Below, one piece after another: positions 38,700-47,394 of a DNA stretch of 64,000 bases (its first letter is position 1; each line of letters opens with the position of its first letter). Source of the DNA: Candidatus Campbellbacteria bacterium (GTDB lineage: Bacteria > Patescibacteriota > Minisyncoccia > Phycocordibacterales > GCA-2747955); the NCBI GenBank assembly GCA_002747955.1, contig PDQZ01000009.1, forward strand, positions 949-64,948. Reading direction: 5' to 3'. Made by a program: the position numbers and the translations under genes. The notes below the pieces were generated by a model. The model ran no database searches and had not been told where the DNA came from. It saw nothing but the letters and a program-made list of their open reading frames with translations.

Positions 38700-39548
38700 A
38701 TGGCAATTAGAAAATTAAAACCAACAAGTAACGGTGTAAGAAATATGTCAGTTGTTAAATACAAGGAATTTTTGACAACAAACAAACCTTACAAACCGTT
38801 AATGAAAGGTACAAAAAACACAGGTGCAAGAAACGCACACGGAAGAATCACAACTCGTTTCAGAGGTGGAGGAAACAAAAGACTTTTTAGAACTATTGAC
38901 TTTAAGTTTGACAAAAGAGATATTCCTGCAAAAATCGAAACTGTAGAATATGATCCATTCAGATCAGCATTTATTTCTCTTGTTTTATACAAAGATGGAG
39001 AAAGAAGATATATTTTGTCACCAAAAGGTGCAAAGGTAGGAGACGAATTTGTTGTATCAGAAAATGCAGACATTAAAAGAGGAAACAGAGTAAAGCTTGA
39101 AAACATTCCAGTTGGTACATTTGTATTTAATGTTGAAATCAAAGAAAACGGTGGAGCAAAACTTGCTCGTTCAGCAGGTTCTGCTGTTGAAGTTTCAGCT
39201 TTAGATGGAGAATATGTAAACTTGAAAATGCCTTCAGGAGAAGTTAGAAAAGTTTCAAAAAATGCATATGCAACAATTGGTGAAGCTTCAAACTCTGATC
39301 ATAAACTTGTAAATATCGGTAAAGCAGGTAGAGCAAGAAAAATGAGAAGAAGACCAAAAGTTAGAGGTTCTGCTATGAACCCAGTTGATCACCCATATGG
39401 TGGTGGTGAAGGAAAAGCTGGTGTTGGTAGAAGAAGACTTGTTACAAAGTGGGGAAAGCCTGCTGGAAAAGGTCAAAAAACAAGAACACCAAAGAAATAC
39501 TCAAATTCACTTATTGTTAGAAAAAGAAATTTTAAAAAAAGAAAATAA
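38700..39548 (+). CDS. rplB: 50S ribosomal protein L2
   Basis: ..NPVDHPYGGGEGK.. L2 signature. Confidence 0.9.
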   Translation: MAIRKLKPTSNGVRNMSVVKYKEFLTTNKPYKPLMKGTKNTGARNAHGRITTRFRGGGNKRLFRTIDFKFDKRDIPAKIETVEYDPFRSAFISLVLYKDGERRYILSPKGAKVGDEFVVSENADIKRGNRVKLENIPVGTFVFNVEIKENGGAKLARSAGSAVEVSALDGEYVNLKMPSGEVRKVSKNAYATIGEASNSDHKLVNIGKAGRARKMRRRPKVRGSAMNPVDHPYGGGEGKAGVGRRRLVTKWGKPAGKGQKTRTPKKYSNSLIVRKRNFKKRK

Positions 39549-39665
39549 AAAAATAAAACAAAAACTGCCGAAAGCAGTTTTTGTTTTATTTTTGTGTTAA
39601 GCAAATTTGTTTTTTTAAAAAAAATAATTTCTTTTTTCTTTTTTTATTTTTGTTATAATACTACT

Positions 39666-40253
39666 ATGGAAACAAAAAAAACAATAATTTTTATAGGAAA
39701 TTCAGGTTGTGGTAAGGGAACCCAGGCTGAAATTTTAGAAAAAAGAATTAAAGAAAAAGGGGAAAAAGTTTTGCATATAGAGCTTGGTGATGAGTTTAGA
39801 AATTTTTTATCAATGACCACAGACACTTCAAGAAAAGCTCTTGAAATTTCTCAAACAGGACAGTTGCAACCAGAGTTTTTAGCCATTCACTTATGGTCAA
39901 AAATTTTAAATCTGTATTATGGAAAAGATAAGTTTTTGATTTTAGACGGAACTCCCAGAACTTTAAGAGAGGCATATATTTTAGACGGAGCTCTAAAATT
40001 TTATGGAGTAGAAAACCCAATTGTTTTGTATATTGAAACAAAAAGAGAAACAGCAAAAGAAAGGATGCTTTCGAGAAAAAGAAAAGATGACACAGAAGAA
40101 AAAATCGAAAACAGACTAAACTGGTTCGGAAGGGATACTGAAAAAGCAATTGACTTTTTTATCAATGATTCATATTACGATTTTTTCAAAATCAACGGAG
40201 AGGGAAGTATTGAAGAAATAGAAAAAGAAATTGAAGAGAAAATTAAATTTTAA
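39666..40253 (+). CDS. adk: adenylate kinase
   Basis: P-loop GNSGCGKGTQAE (cf GPPGAGKGTQA), NMP-binding and LID-like segments; start at METKK (39666). Confidence 0.8.
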   Translation: METKKTIIFIGNSGCGKGTQAEILEKRIKEKGEKVLHIELGDEFRNFLSMTTDTSRKALEISQTGQLQPEFLAIHLWSKILNLYYGKDKFLILDGTPRTLREAYILDGALKFYGVENPIVLYIETKRETAKERMLSRKRKDDTEEKIENRLNWFGRDTEKAIDFFINDSYYDFFKINGEGSIEEIEKEIEEKIKF

Positions 40254-40263
40254 AAAAAAAAAT

Positions 40264-40350
40264 CTGCCCGAAATTTTGAATAGAATTTTTGGAAAAAAAG
40301 AAGTCTTCGACTTCCTTTTTTCCAAAAATTCTATTCAAAATTTCGGGCAG
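40264..40350. terminator. long nested-palindrome terminator (gcccgaaattttgaa..tttttggaaaaa.. family)
   Basis: tgcccgaaattttgaatagaatttttggaaaaaaagaagtcttcgacttccttttttccaaaaattctattcaaaatttcgggcag. Confidence 0.7.
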
Positions 40351-40428
40351 TTTTTTCTTTTTCTATTTTCTGATTTTGCCAGCACCAAACATTGAATTTA
40401 ATATTTATTTTGTTATTATTATGTTAAT

Positions 40429-40956
40429 ATGAAATTTTTAAACCCAAAAGAAGTTGTTTCACAAATTCATTTATCAGTAGGTTCTGATGTGATTGATTTT
40501 GGTTTTGGTTCTGGGGCTTTTTTAGAGCTTATCTTAAATCAAATTGGTCTGGAAGGAAACTTATATGCTTATGAACTTGACGAAAACTTTATTCAAAAGT
40601 TAGAAAGTGATTTTAAACAAAAAGGAACAAAAAATATTTTCTTTTCTAAAATTAATTTAGAAAATGAACAAACAGAACTGAAAGATGAATCTGTTGATTT
40701 TGTTTTAATTTCTTCTGTTTTGTTTATGTTAGAAAACAAAAAAAATATTATTAATGAAACTTATAGAATTTTAAAGAAAAATGGTCGAGTTTTAATCATT
40801 GACTGGAAAGAATCTTTTAAAAATATTGGTCCTTTTGAAAAAAATGTTTTCTCAGAGGAAAAAACAAAAATGCTTTTAAAAGAATCTCCTTTTGAATTTG
40901 AAAGAAACATTGATGTGGGGGATTATCATTATGGGTTAATTTATAGAAAAAAATAA
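40429..40956 (+). CDS. class I SAM-dependent methyltransferase
   Basis: Motif I VIDFGFGSGAFL; 175 aa Rossmann-fold size. Confidence 0.6.
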   Translation: MKFLNPKEVVSQIHLSVGSDVIDFGFGSGAFLELILNQIGLEGNLYAYELDENFIQKLESDFKQKGTKNIFFSKINLENEQTELKDESVDFVLISSVLFMLENKKNIINETYRILKKNGRVLIIDWKESFKNIGPFEKNVFSEEKTKMLLKESPFEFERNIDVGDYHYGLIYRKK

Positions 40957-40957
40957 T

Positions 40958-42259
40958 ATGAAAAATTTAAGTGTATTTCAAATGGTTGTAATGGGTATTT
41001 TCAGCGCTTCGGCTGTTATTGGTTTTATCTTTTTTACAATCTACGAACCAACAAACAGAGGGCAAGAAAAAGTTAAAATTGGAGAAATTCAAATTTGGGG
41101 AACGGTAGATTCTTCTATAATGGAAAATATGTTAAATAAATTAAAAAATCTAAATTCTGATTACAAAGGCGTGTACTATGTTCAAAAAGATAAAGATAAT
41201 TTCAAAATAGATTTATTAGAAGCAATCGCCTCTGGCAATTCTCCAGATTTATTTTTAATTTCTCAAAGCACTTTATTTGAGAATCAAAACAAAATATCTA
41301 AAATCCCTTACTCATATATGTCAGCTAGATATTTCAAAGATACCTATTTAGATGTTTTTTCAATTTTTGATTCTAAAGACGGTTTTTACGCAATGCCTTT
41401 TATGGTTGATCCTATGGTGATGTATTATAACAAAACCATGTTTAACTCAGCTGGAATTGCTTTGCCACCAAAAGAGTGGAAAGATTTTGTAAAAATGGCT
41501 CCAAGCTTAACAAAAAAAGAAAGTGATGGAACAATTTTAAAGTCAGCAACAGCTTTTGGGGAAACAATCAACGTTGCAAACTTAAAACAAATAATTTCAA
41601 CTTTCCTTTTGCAAACTGGTAATCAAATAGTTACTTACGATAAAGACGGAAAACTAGTTTCTGATAAAAGTTTTTCTGGTAAAGGCAAATCAGTTGCTGG
41701 GTTGATTTTTTTCAACGAGTTTTCAAATCAGTTAAGTAAAATTTACTCTTGGAACAGGACTCTGCCTAATTCAAAAGATTATTTTATTGCAGGAAATTTA
41801 GCAACCTACTTTGGTTTTGTTTCTGAAATTGCTAATCTACAAAAGAAAAATCCAAACTTAAACTTTGATGTGGCAGAAATTCCTTCAACTTCAGAAACCT
41901 TTGACAAAACTGTTTTTGCAAATGTTTGGGGATTTGCGATTTTAAAAAACAGTCAAAATAAAATGGGTGCATACAAAACAGCACAACACTTGTCTGGACC
42001 AGAAATCCAAAAAAGTTTATCAAAACTTACATATTTACCATCAGTTAGAAAAGACCTGTCAGCAGAAACAGCAGATGATCCTTATATGGATATATTTAAA
42101 AAAGAGGCAATATATGCAAAAACTTGGGTAGATCCTTCAGAAGAACAAACAAATCAGATTTTTAAATATATGGTAAATTCCATAAAATCAGGTAATCAAA
42201 GCCCGTCAGGTGCTTTAAGCGAGGCTTATCAAGAAATCGAATATTTATTAAATAATTAG
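40958..42259 (+). CDS. extracellular solute-binding protein (ABC-transporter SBP family 1-like), membrane-anchored
   Basis: N-terminal TM anchor, ~430 aa with SBP-like composition; assignment by overall pattern only. Confidence 0.4.
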   Translation: MKNLSVFQMVVMGIFSASAVIGFIFFTIYEPTNRGQEKVKIGEIQIWGTVDSSIMENMLNKLKNLNSDYKGVYYVQKDKDNFKIDLLEAIASGNSPDLFLISQSTLFENQNKISKIPYSYMSARYFKDTYLDVFSIFDSKDGFYAMPFMVDPMVMYYNKTMFNSAGIALPPKEWKDFVKMAPSLTKKESDGTILKSATAFGETINVANLKQIISTFLLQTGNQIVTYDKDGKLVSDKSFSGKGKSVAGLIFFNEFSNQLSKIYSWNRTLPNSKDYFIAGNLATYFGFVSEIANLQKKNPNLNFDVAEIPSTSETFDKTVFANVWGFAILKNSQNKMGAYKTAQHLSGPEIQKSLSKLTYLPSVRKDLSAETADDPYMDIFKKEAIYAKTWVDPSEEQTNQIFKYMVNSIKSGNQSPSGALSEAYQEIEYLLNN

Positions 42260-42261
42260 TT

Positions 42262-44244
42262 ATGTTAAAAGACAAAAAAGAAAAAGAAAATAAAATTATT
42301 ATTAAAAGAGAAGAAAAAAGAGGAAATAAAAAAAACAATAAAAAAAATAAAAAACCAACAGATAAATTATTTGGACAAATTTTAAATATTGTTTTAATAA
42401 TTTTACTTGTAATTTTTGTAACATCTTTTTTAAATAAAGAAGATAAAGAACAGAAAATTTCCATTTCTGAAATTTCAACAAAAGTTAAAAGTGGGGAAGT
42501 GAAAGAAATTTTAGTTGAGCTTAACGATTTGAAAGTTAAAACTGAAGATGATAAAGTTTTAAAAGGAAAAAAAGAAACTGAAAGTTCGTTGTCTGAAACT
42601 TTAAAAAACTTTGGAGTAACAGACGAACAAATTGTAAAAGCAAATATTAAAGTTCAAAATCCAACAAGTTTTGGATACTATTTAGTAAAATTTTCTCCAT
42701 TTTTATTTCCATTTTTGTTAATCGGACTTTTGATTTACTTTATGACAAGGGGAGCTAAGGCCGGAGCAATGCAAGCTTTTTCTTTTGGAGATTCTCGGGC
42801 AAAGTTTATTGATCCTGATGATAAAAAAAACAGAACCACATTTAAAGATATTGCAGGTGCCAAAGAAGCTAAAGCTGAGCTTATGGAAGTTGTTGACTTT
42901 TTAAAATTTCCTAAAAAATATTTAGATATTGGAGCTGAAATTCCAAAAGGTGTTTTGATGATGGGAGCACCTGGAACAGGAAAAACCTTACTTGCCAAAG
43001 CTGTGGCTGGGGAAGCTAAAGTTCCATTTTATTCAGTTTCAGGTTCTGAATTTGTTGAAATGTTTGTGGGAGTGGGAGCATCAAGAGTAAGAGACTTGTT
43101 TAAAATGGCTAAAAAATCTGCACCATCGATAATTTTTATTGACGAAATTGACGCTATTGGTCGCGTGCGTGGTGGTGGAACAGGTGGAGGAAATGATGAA
43201 AGAGAACAAACTTTAAACCAAATTTTGGTTGAAATGGACGGATTTGATAACGATCAAAAAGTAATTGTAATGGGGGCAACAAACAGACCAGAAGTTTTAG
43301 ATCCAGCACTTTTGCGTCCAGGACGTTTTGACAGAAGAGTAACAATTGACCTTCCTGATAAAGAAGATAGGGAAAAGATTTTGGAAATTCATGGAAGAAA
43401 AAAACCGTATGCCGAAGATGTGAACCTAAAAGTGATTGCTGAAAGAACACCAGGATTTTCAGGAGCGGATTTGTACTCTTTGATGAACGAAGGGGCAATT
43501 TTAGCTGCATCAGAAAATAGAAAAAAAGTTTCTCAATACGACTTGATAAGATCAATTGAAAAAGTTTTGTTGGGGCCAGAAAGAAAATCTCACATTTTAT
43601 CTGAAAATGAAAAAATCAGAACAGCCTATCATGAAGTAGGGCATGCACTTGTTTCATCACTTCTTGATTATGCAAATCCTGTTCATAAAGTTTCAATTAT
43701 TTCTCGTGGACGAGCAGCGGGTTATACACTTCACTTGCCGTTTGATGATAAAAAGATGAATACTAAAAATGATTTTCTAGCAGACATTGCCACAACACTT
43801 GGGGGTTATGCTGCTGAGAAAATGATTTTTGGAGATGTAACAACAGGCCCGTCAAATGACTTGCAAGTAGCCACAAAAACAGCGCGAGACATGGTAACAA
43901 AATACGGAATGTCAGATGCAGTTGGAGTTTTGGCTCTTGAAGATCAATATGGTGGAACTTTGAGAGGTTCAGGAGATGGAGTGAAAGGTTCAAACTATTC
44001 AGGAGAAACAGCTCAGTTGATCGATAAAGAAGTTAAAAGAATAATGAAAGAGCAAATGGATGTGGCTGAAAAAGTTTTGAAAGAAAATATGGAGGCTTTT
44101 GAAAATATTTCTCAAGAACTTATTGAAAGAGAGACTTTAGAAAGACCGGATTATGAAGCGCTTTTGAAGAAAAATGGAATTAGAGTGCAGACCAAAGAAG
44201 ATGCAGAAAATCTTTTTTTAAAGAATTTTAAAAAGAAAAAATAA
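42262..44244 (+). CDS. ftsH: ATP-dependent zinc metalloprotease FtsH
   Basis: AAA Walker [19 protein letters not shown], Walker [10 protein letters not shown], zinc site HEVGHAL. Confidence 0.95.
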   Translation: MLKDKKEKENKIIIKREEKRGNKKNNKKNKKPTDKLFGQILNIVLIILLVIFVTSFLNKEDKEQKISISEISTKVKSGEVKEILVELNDLKVKTEDDKVLKGKKETESSLSETLKNFGVTDEQIVKANIKVQNPTSFGYYLVKFSPFLFPFLLIGLLIYFMTRGAKAGAMQAFSFGDSRAKFIDPDDKKNRTTFKDIAGAKEAKAELMEVVDFLKFPKKYLDIGAEIPKGVLMMGAPGTGKTLLAKAVAGEAKVPFYSVSGSEFVEMFVGVGASRVRDLFKMAKKSAPSIIFIDEIDAIGRVRGGGTGGGNDEREQTLNQILVEMDGFDNDQKVIVMGATNRPEVLDPALLRPGRFDRRVTIDLPDKEDREKILEIHGRKKPYAEDVNLKVIAERTPGFSGADLYSLMNEGAILAASENRKKVSQYDLIRSIEKVLLGPERKSHILSENEKIRTAYHEVGHALVSSLLDYANPVHKVSIISRGRAAGYTLHLPFDDKKMNTKNDFLADIATTLGGYAAEKMIFGDVTTGPSNDLQVATKTARDMVTKYGMSDAVGVLALEDQYGGTLRGSGDGVKGSNYSGETAQLIDKEVKRIMKEQMDVAEKVLKENMEAFENISQELIERETLERPDYEALLKKNGIRVQTKEDAENLFLKNFKKKK

Positions 44245-44559
44245 AATTATTTTTTCTTTTTTTCTTGATAAAAAAAGAAACAAACCAGAGCACGCTTTCA
44301 AATAAAAACCAAAATCAGCGTGCTCGGAACTGCTTTAAATCAAGACCTTGAAATTTTTTACCTAAAATTTAAAGTAAAAATCTAAAATTTTGCAACTCGC
44401 TTCGCTCAAACAGACAAAATTTCTTAACGATTTTTACTTTAAATTTCTTTACGGTAAAAAATTAACGGTCGTTTCCACACAAAACATAATTTTGCGTAAG
44501 CAAAATTATGTTTTTTTGTGGTTTTTGGTTATCCACATTTGGTTTAAAAATATCTTGTA

Positions 44560-44707
44560 TTTTAGAATAGAAAAGATATAATAAGTATACTAACTCGATG
44601 AAGTGCTTGCACTGATTTGAGTTAGTAATGGAAAAACCAAGCTTTGCTTGGTTTTTCCATTTTAAATTTAAAAATATAATCCCCCGCCGACGAAGTCGGC
44701 GGGGGAA
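44560..44707 (+). ncRNA. candidate small structured RNA in the ftsH-GH20 intergenic region (tataat followed by three consecutive hairpins)
   Basis: gatataat; tactaactc..gagttagta; atggaaaaaccaagc-ttt-gcttggtttttccat; cccccgccgacgaagtcggcggggg. Confidence 0.25.
44681..44705. repeat. GC-rich hairpin CGCCGACGAAGTCGGCG family, copy 1
   Basis: cccccgccgacgaagtcggcggggg; related copies at 61296 and 62064. Confidence 0.75.
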
Positions 44708-44757
44708 TTTAAATATTTTATTAATCATTTTAAAACATTAAAATTTATGTTATATTT

Positions 44758-46089
44758 ATGCATATGAAAAAAATAATTTTAACATTAGTAATATTGTCAA
44801 CTTTTTTTGGAGCTAGTGGAATTTCTGCTCAAAATTTAAAAATTCAACAATCAAATTTTTTATTATTAAATAATTTACAAAATTTAAAAGTTCAAAATTT
44901 AAACCAAGCACAATTGGACAGATTAAAAATAATTCTTGAAAACTTTTTAAATATTTTATTAAAACAAAAAGTCGAAATTAAAAATACAAATAAAGATAGA
45001 TTTAAAATTAGATGTTGCCAGACTAAAAAAAATAAAAGTAAAAAAGACATAAAAGAAAATAGGCAAAAAGTTTATCAATTTGGAATCAATCTTGATGTTG
45101 CTCGCAGATTTTACACTCCAGATGAGATTAAAAAATACATAGATTTAGTTTCAACTTATGATAAATCTTTCTTGCAGCTCCATTTGTCAGACGATCAAAA
45201 TGCAGCTTTAGAATCAGAATTTTTAAACCAAACTGTGGCAAATGCAACTGTTGATCAAAACGGAATTTACACAAACCCAAATACCCAAAAACAATTTTTA
45301 AGTAAAGACCAAATCAGAGAACTGATAAATTACGCCAAAACAAAAAATATAGAGCTTATTCCAGAAATCGACATGCCGGCACATGCAAAAGGATTTTTAG
45401 ATTTAGCAAAAATCAAGTTTGGGCAAGCATTTGTTGACAATATTTCAGACGGATATTTTCAAGGTGAACTTAATATTTCAAAACAAGAAGCTTTAGACTT
45501 TTCAAAAAGCATTTACACAGAATACGCAGAACTTTTTAAAGATTTGAAATACTTCCATATGGGGGCAGACGAAGTCTTTTCAGCAAATAAAGCTGACAAG
45601 TTAAGTTATATTCAAAACACTTCAAACTTTTTAAAATCAAAAGGTTTTAAAGTCAGAATGTGGAATGATTTGATTTTAAAAGAAAACCTTTCTGAAATTT
45701 CAAAAGATATTCAAGTTACTTATTGGAGTTTTGATGGAGATGCTCAAGATCCAAACGATATTGAAGAAAGGAGAAAAAACAGAGCATCAGTTCCTGATTT
45801 ACAAAAGAATGGTTTTGAAGTTCTAATTTACAATTCATACTATTTGTTCTTTGTTCCTTCAAGTTCAAATTTCAATCAGCACGATATAGAATATATGCAA
45901 AATGATTTAAAAGACAATTGGAGTTTGAAAAAGTGGGACAGTAACAATGATGTTGAATTAGAAAATTTAAAAGGGATAATCGGAGCTGCTCATTCAATTT
46001 GGAATGAAAACTCAGATTCAATTTTAAAAAACGATATTTACGAAGTTTCTGAAGGTGTATTTGGAATTCTAAAAAATAAAGGGGAGTAG
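44758..46089 (+). CDS. secreted GH20-family beta-N-acetylhexosaminidase-like protein
   Basis: Signal peptide; ..INLDVARRFYTPDEIKKYIDLVSTYDKSFLQLHLSDDQ.. and FHMGADEV (cf GH20 H-x-G-G-D-E). Confidence 0.7.
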   Translation: MHMKKIILTLVILSTFFGASGISAQNLKIQQSNFLLLNNLQNLKVQNLNQAQLDRLKIILENFLNILLKQKVEIKNTNKDRFKIRCCQTKKNKSKKDIKENRQKVYQFGINLDVARRFYTPDEIKKYIDLVSTYDKSFLQLHLSDDQNAALESEFLNQTVANATVDQNGIYTNPNTQKQFLSKDQIRELINYAKTKNIELIPEIDMPAHAKGFLDLAKIKFGQAFVDNISDGYFQGELNISKQEALDFSKSIYTEYAELFKDLKYFHMGADEVFSANKADKLSYIQNTSNFLKSKGFKVRMWNDLILKENLSEISKDIQVTYWSFDGDAQDPNDIEERRKNRASVPDLQKNGFEVLIYNSYYLFFVPSSSNFNQHDIEYMQNDLKDNWSLKKWDSNNDVELENLKGIIGAAHSIWNENSDSILKNDIYEVSEGVFGILKNKGE

Positions 46090-46223
46090 AAAATAAAGCA
46101 CGAAATTTTAAAAAAGAAAAAAACAAGCGAAGCTTGTTTTTTCTTTTTTAAAATTTCGTGCTTTATTTCCATACTCCATTTTTTCATTGACTTTTTTCGT
46201 TTTTAAATGTATGATTAGTTTAT

Positions 46224-46532
46224 ATGGGAATTTTCGAAAAATTAACAGGTAAAAAATCTAATACCTGTGAAATACCAAAAGGTGGAAAAGAAAACCAAAG
46301 TCAGAAATTAGAAGAAAAATTGGTTGACACAAGTTATGGTCCAGTTGTGGAACAAGTTGAAGATCCAGTCTTAAACCAACAAGAATCAGACTGGTTTGCT
46401 TCATTGTCAGCTGAACAGTTAGAAGACTTTGGTTTTAACTCAAACGGTGTTGAGCTTGACCATGGTTCAATGGTTGGGCAAATCAAAGAAGCTTATAAAT
46501 CAGTTAACAATACAGAAGGCAGCCTAGAATAA
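46224..46532 (+). CDS. acidic hypothetical protein (102 aa)
   Basis: ORF only; no motif. Confidence 0.4.
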   Translation: MGIFEKLTGKKSNTCEIPKGGKENQSQKLEEKLVDTSYGPVVEQVEDPVLNQQESDWFASLSAEQLEDFGFNSNGVELDHGSMVGQIKEAYKSVNNTEGSLE

Positions 46533-46592
46533 ACACCAGTTTCAAAAACGGTGTTTTTTTGTTTTTTAGCTTTTAAATGTTAAAATGTTTTT

Positions 46593-47336
46593 ATGACAAA
46601 AAAAGATAATATTTTTAAGAATTTAATTTTTCTTGATACTGAAACAACAGGGGTTGAAAAAGACGATCGGCTTTTTCAACTTGCTTATGTTTTTGAAGAT
46701 AAGAAAGTCGACGAACTTTTTAATCCTCAAAAAGATATTTGCATTGAAGCATCAGAAACAACAGGTTATGTAACCAAAGATGTAAAAGGCAAAGAAGTTT
46801 TTGAAAATTCAAAAGCATATCAAGAACTTCAAAAACTTTTGGAAAATAGAGAAAATATTTTAGTGGCTCACAATGCAAAATTTGATATTAGGATGCTTGA
46901 GAATGAAAATCTAAAAGTGCCAAGATTTATTGATACTTTAAAAGTGGCTCAAAAGCTTGATACAGCTTGTTTTTTTGGGGCATATCGATTGCAGTATTTA
47001 CGATACGCAATGGAGCTTGAGGTTGAAAATGCACAAGCCCATGATGCTTTGGGTGACGTTTTGGTTTTACAAGAGCTTTTTCAAAGGCTTTATTTGAAAA
47101 TGGAAAAACAGTTTCAAAACAGAGAAGCAATTTTAGAAGAAATGATCAAAATTTCTTCTGAACCAGTTTTAATTAAAAAATTTGTTTTTGGGAAATACAA
47201 AGGTTTAACAGTCGAAGACGTGGCAAAACAGGACCAAGGATATTTAGAATGGCTTTTAAATGAAAAAGAAAAACAAAAAGCCGAAGGGGATGTTGATGAA
47301 GACTGGATTTATACTTTAAATTATTATTTAAAATAA
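46593..47336 (+). CDS. DnaQ-like 3'-5' exonuclease (DEDDh)
   Basis: Exo I IFLDTETTG, Exo II VAHNAKFDIRML, Exo III HDALGDV. Confidence 0.8.
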   Translation: MTKKDNIFKNLIFLDTETTGVEKDDRLFQLAYVFEDKKVDELFNPQKDICIEASETTGYVTKDVKGKEVFENSKAYQELQKLLENRENILVAHNAKFDIRMLENENLKVPRFIDTLKVAQKLDTACFFGAYRLQYLRYAMELEVENAQAHDALGDVLVLQELFQRLYLKMEKQFQNREAILEEMIKISSEPVLIKKFVFGKYKGLTVEDVAKQDQGYLEWLLNEKEKQKAEGDVDEDWIYTLNYYLK

Positions 47337-47394
47337 GTACTTAAAAAACAAATTTACATTTGTTTTTTTGCTTTTTTTTTGATAAAATGATTTT

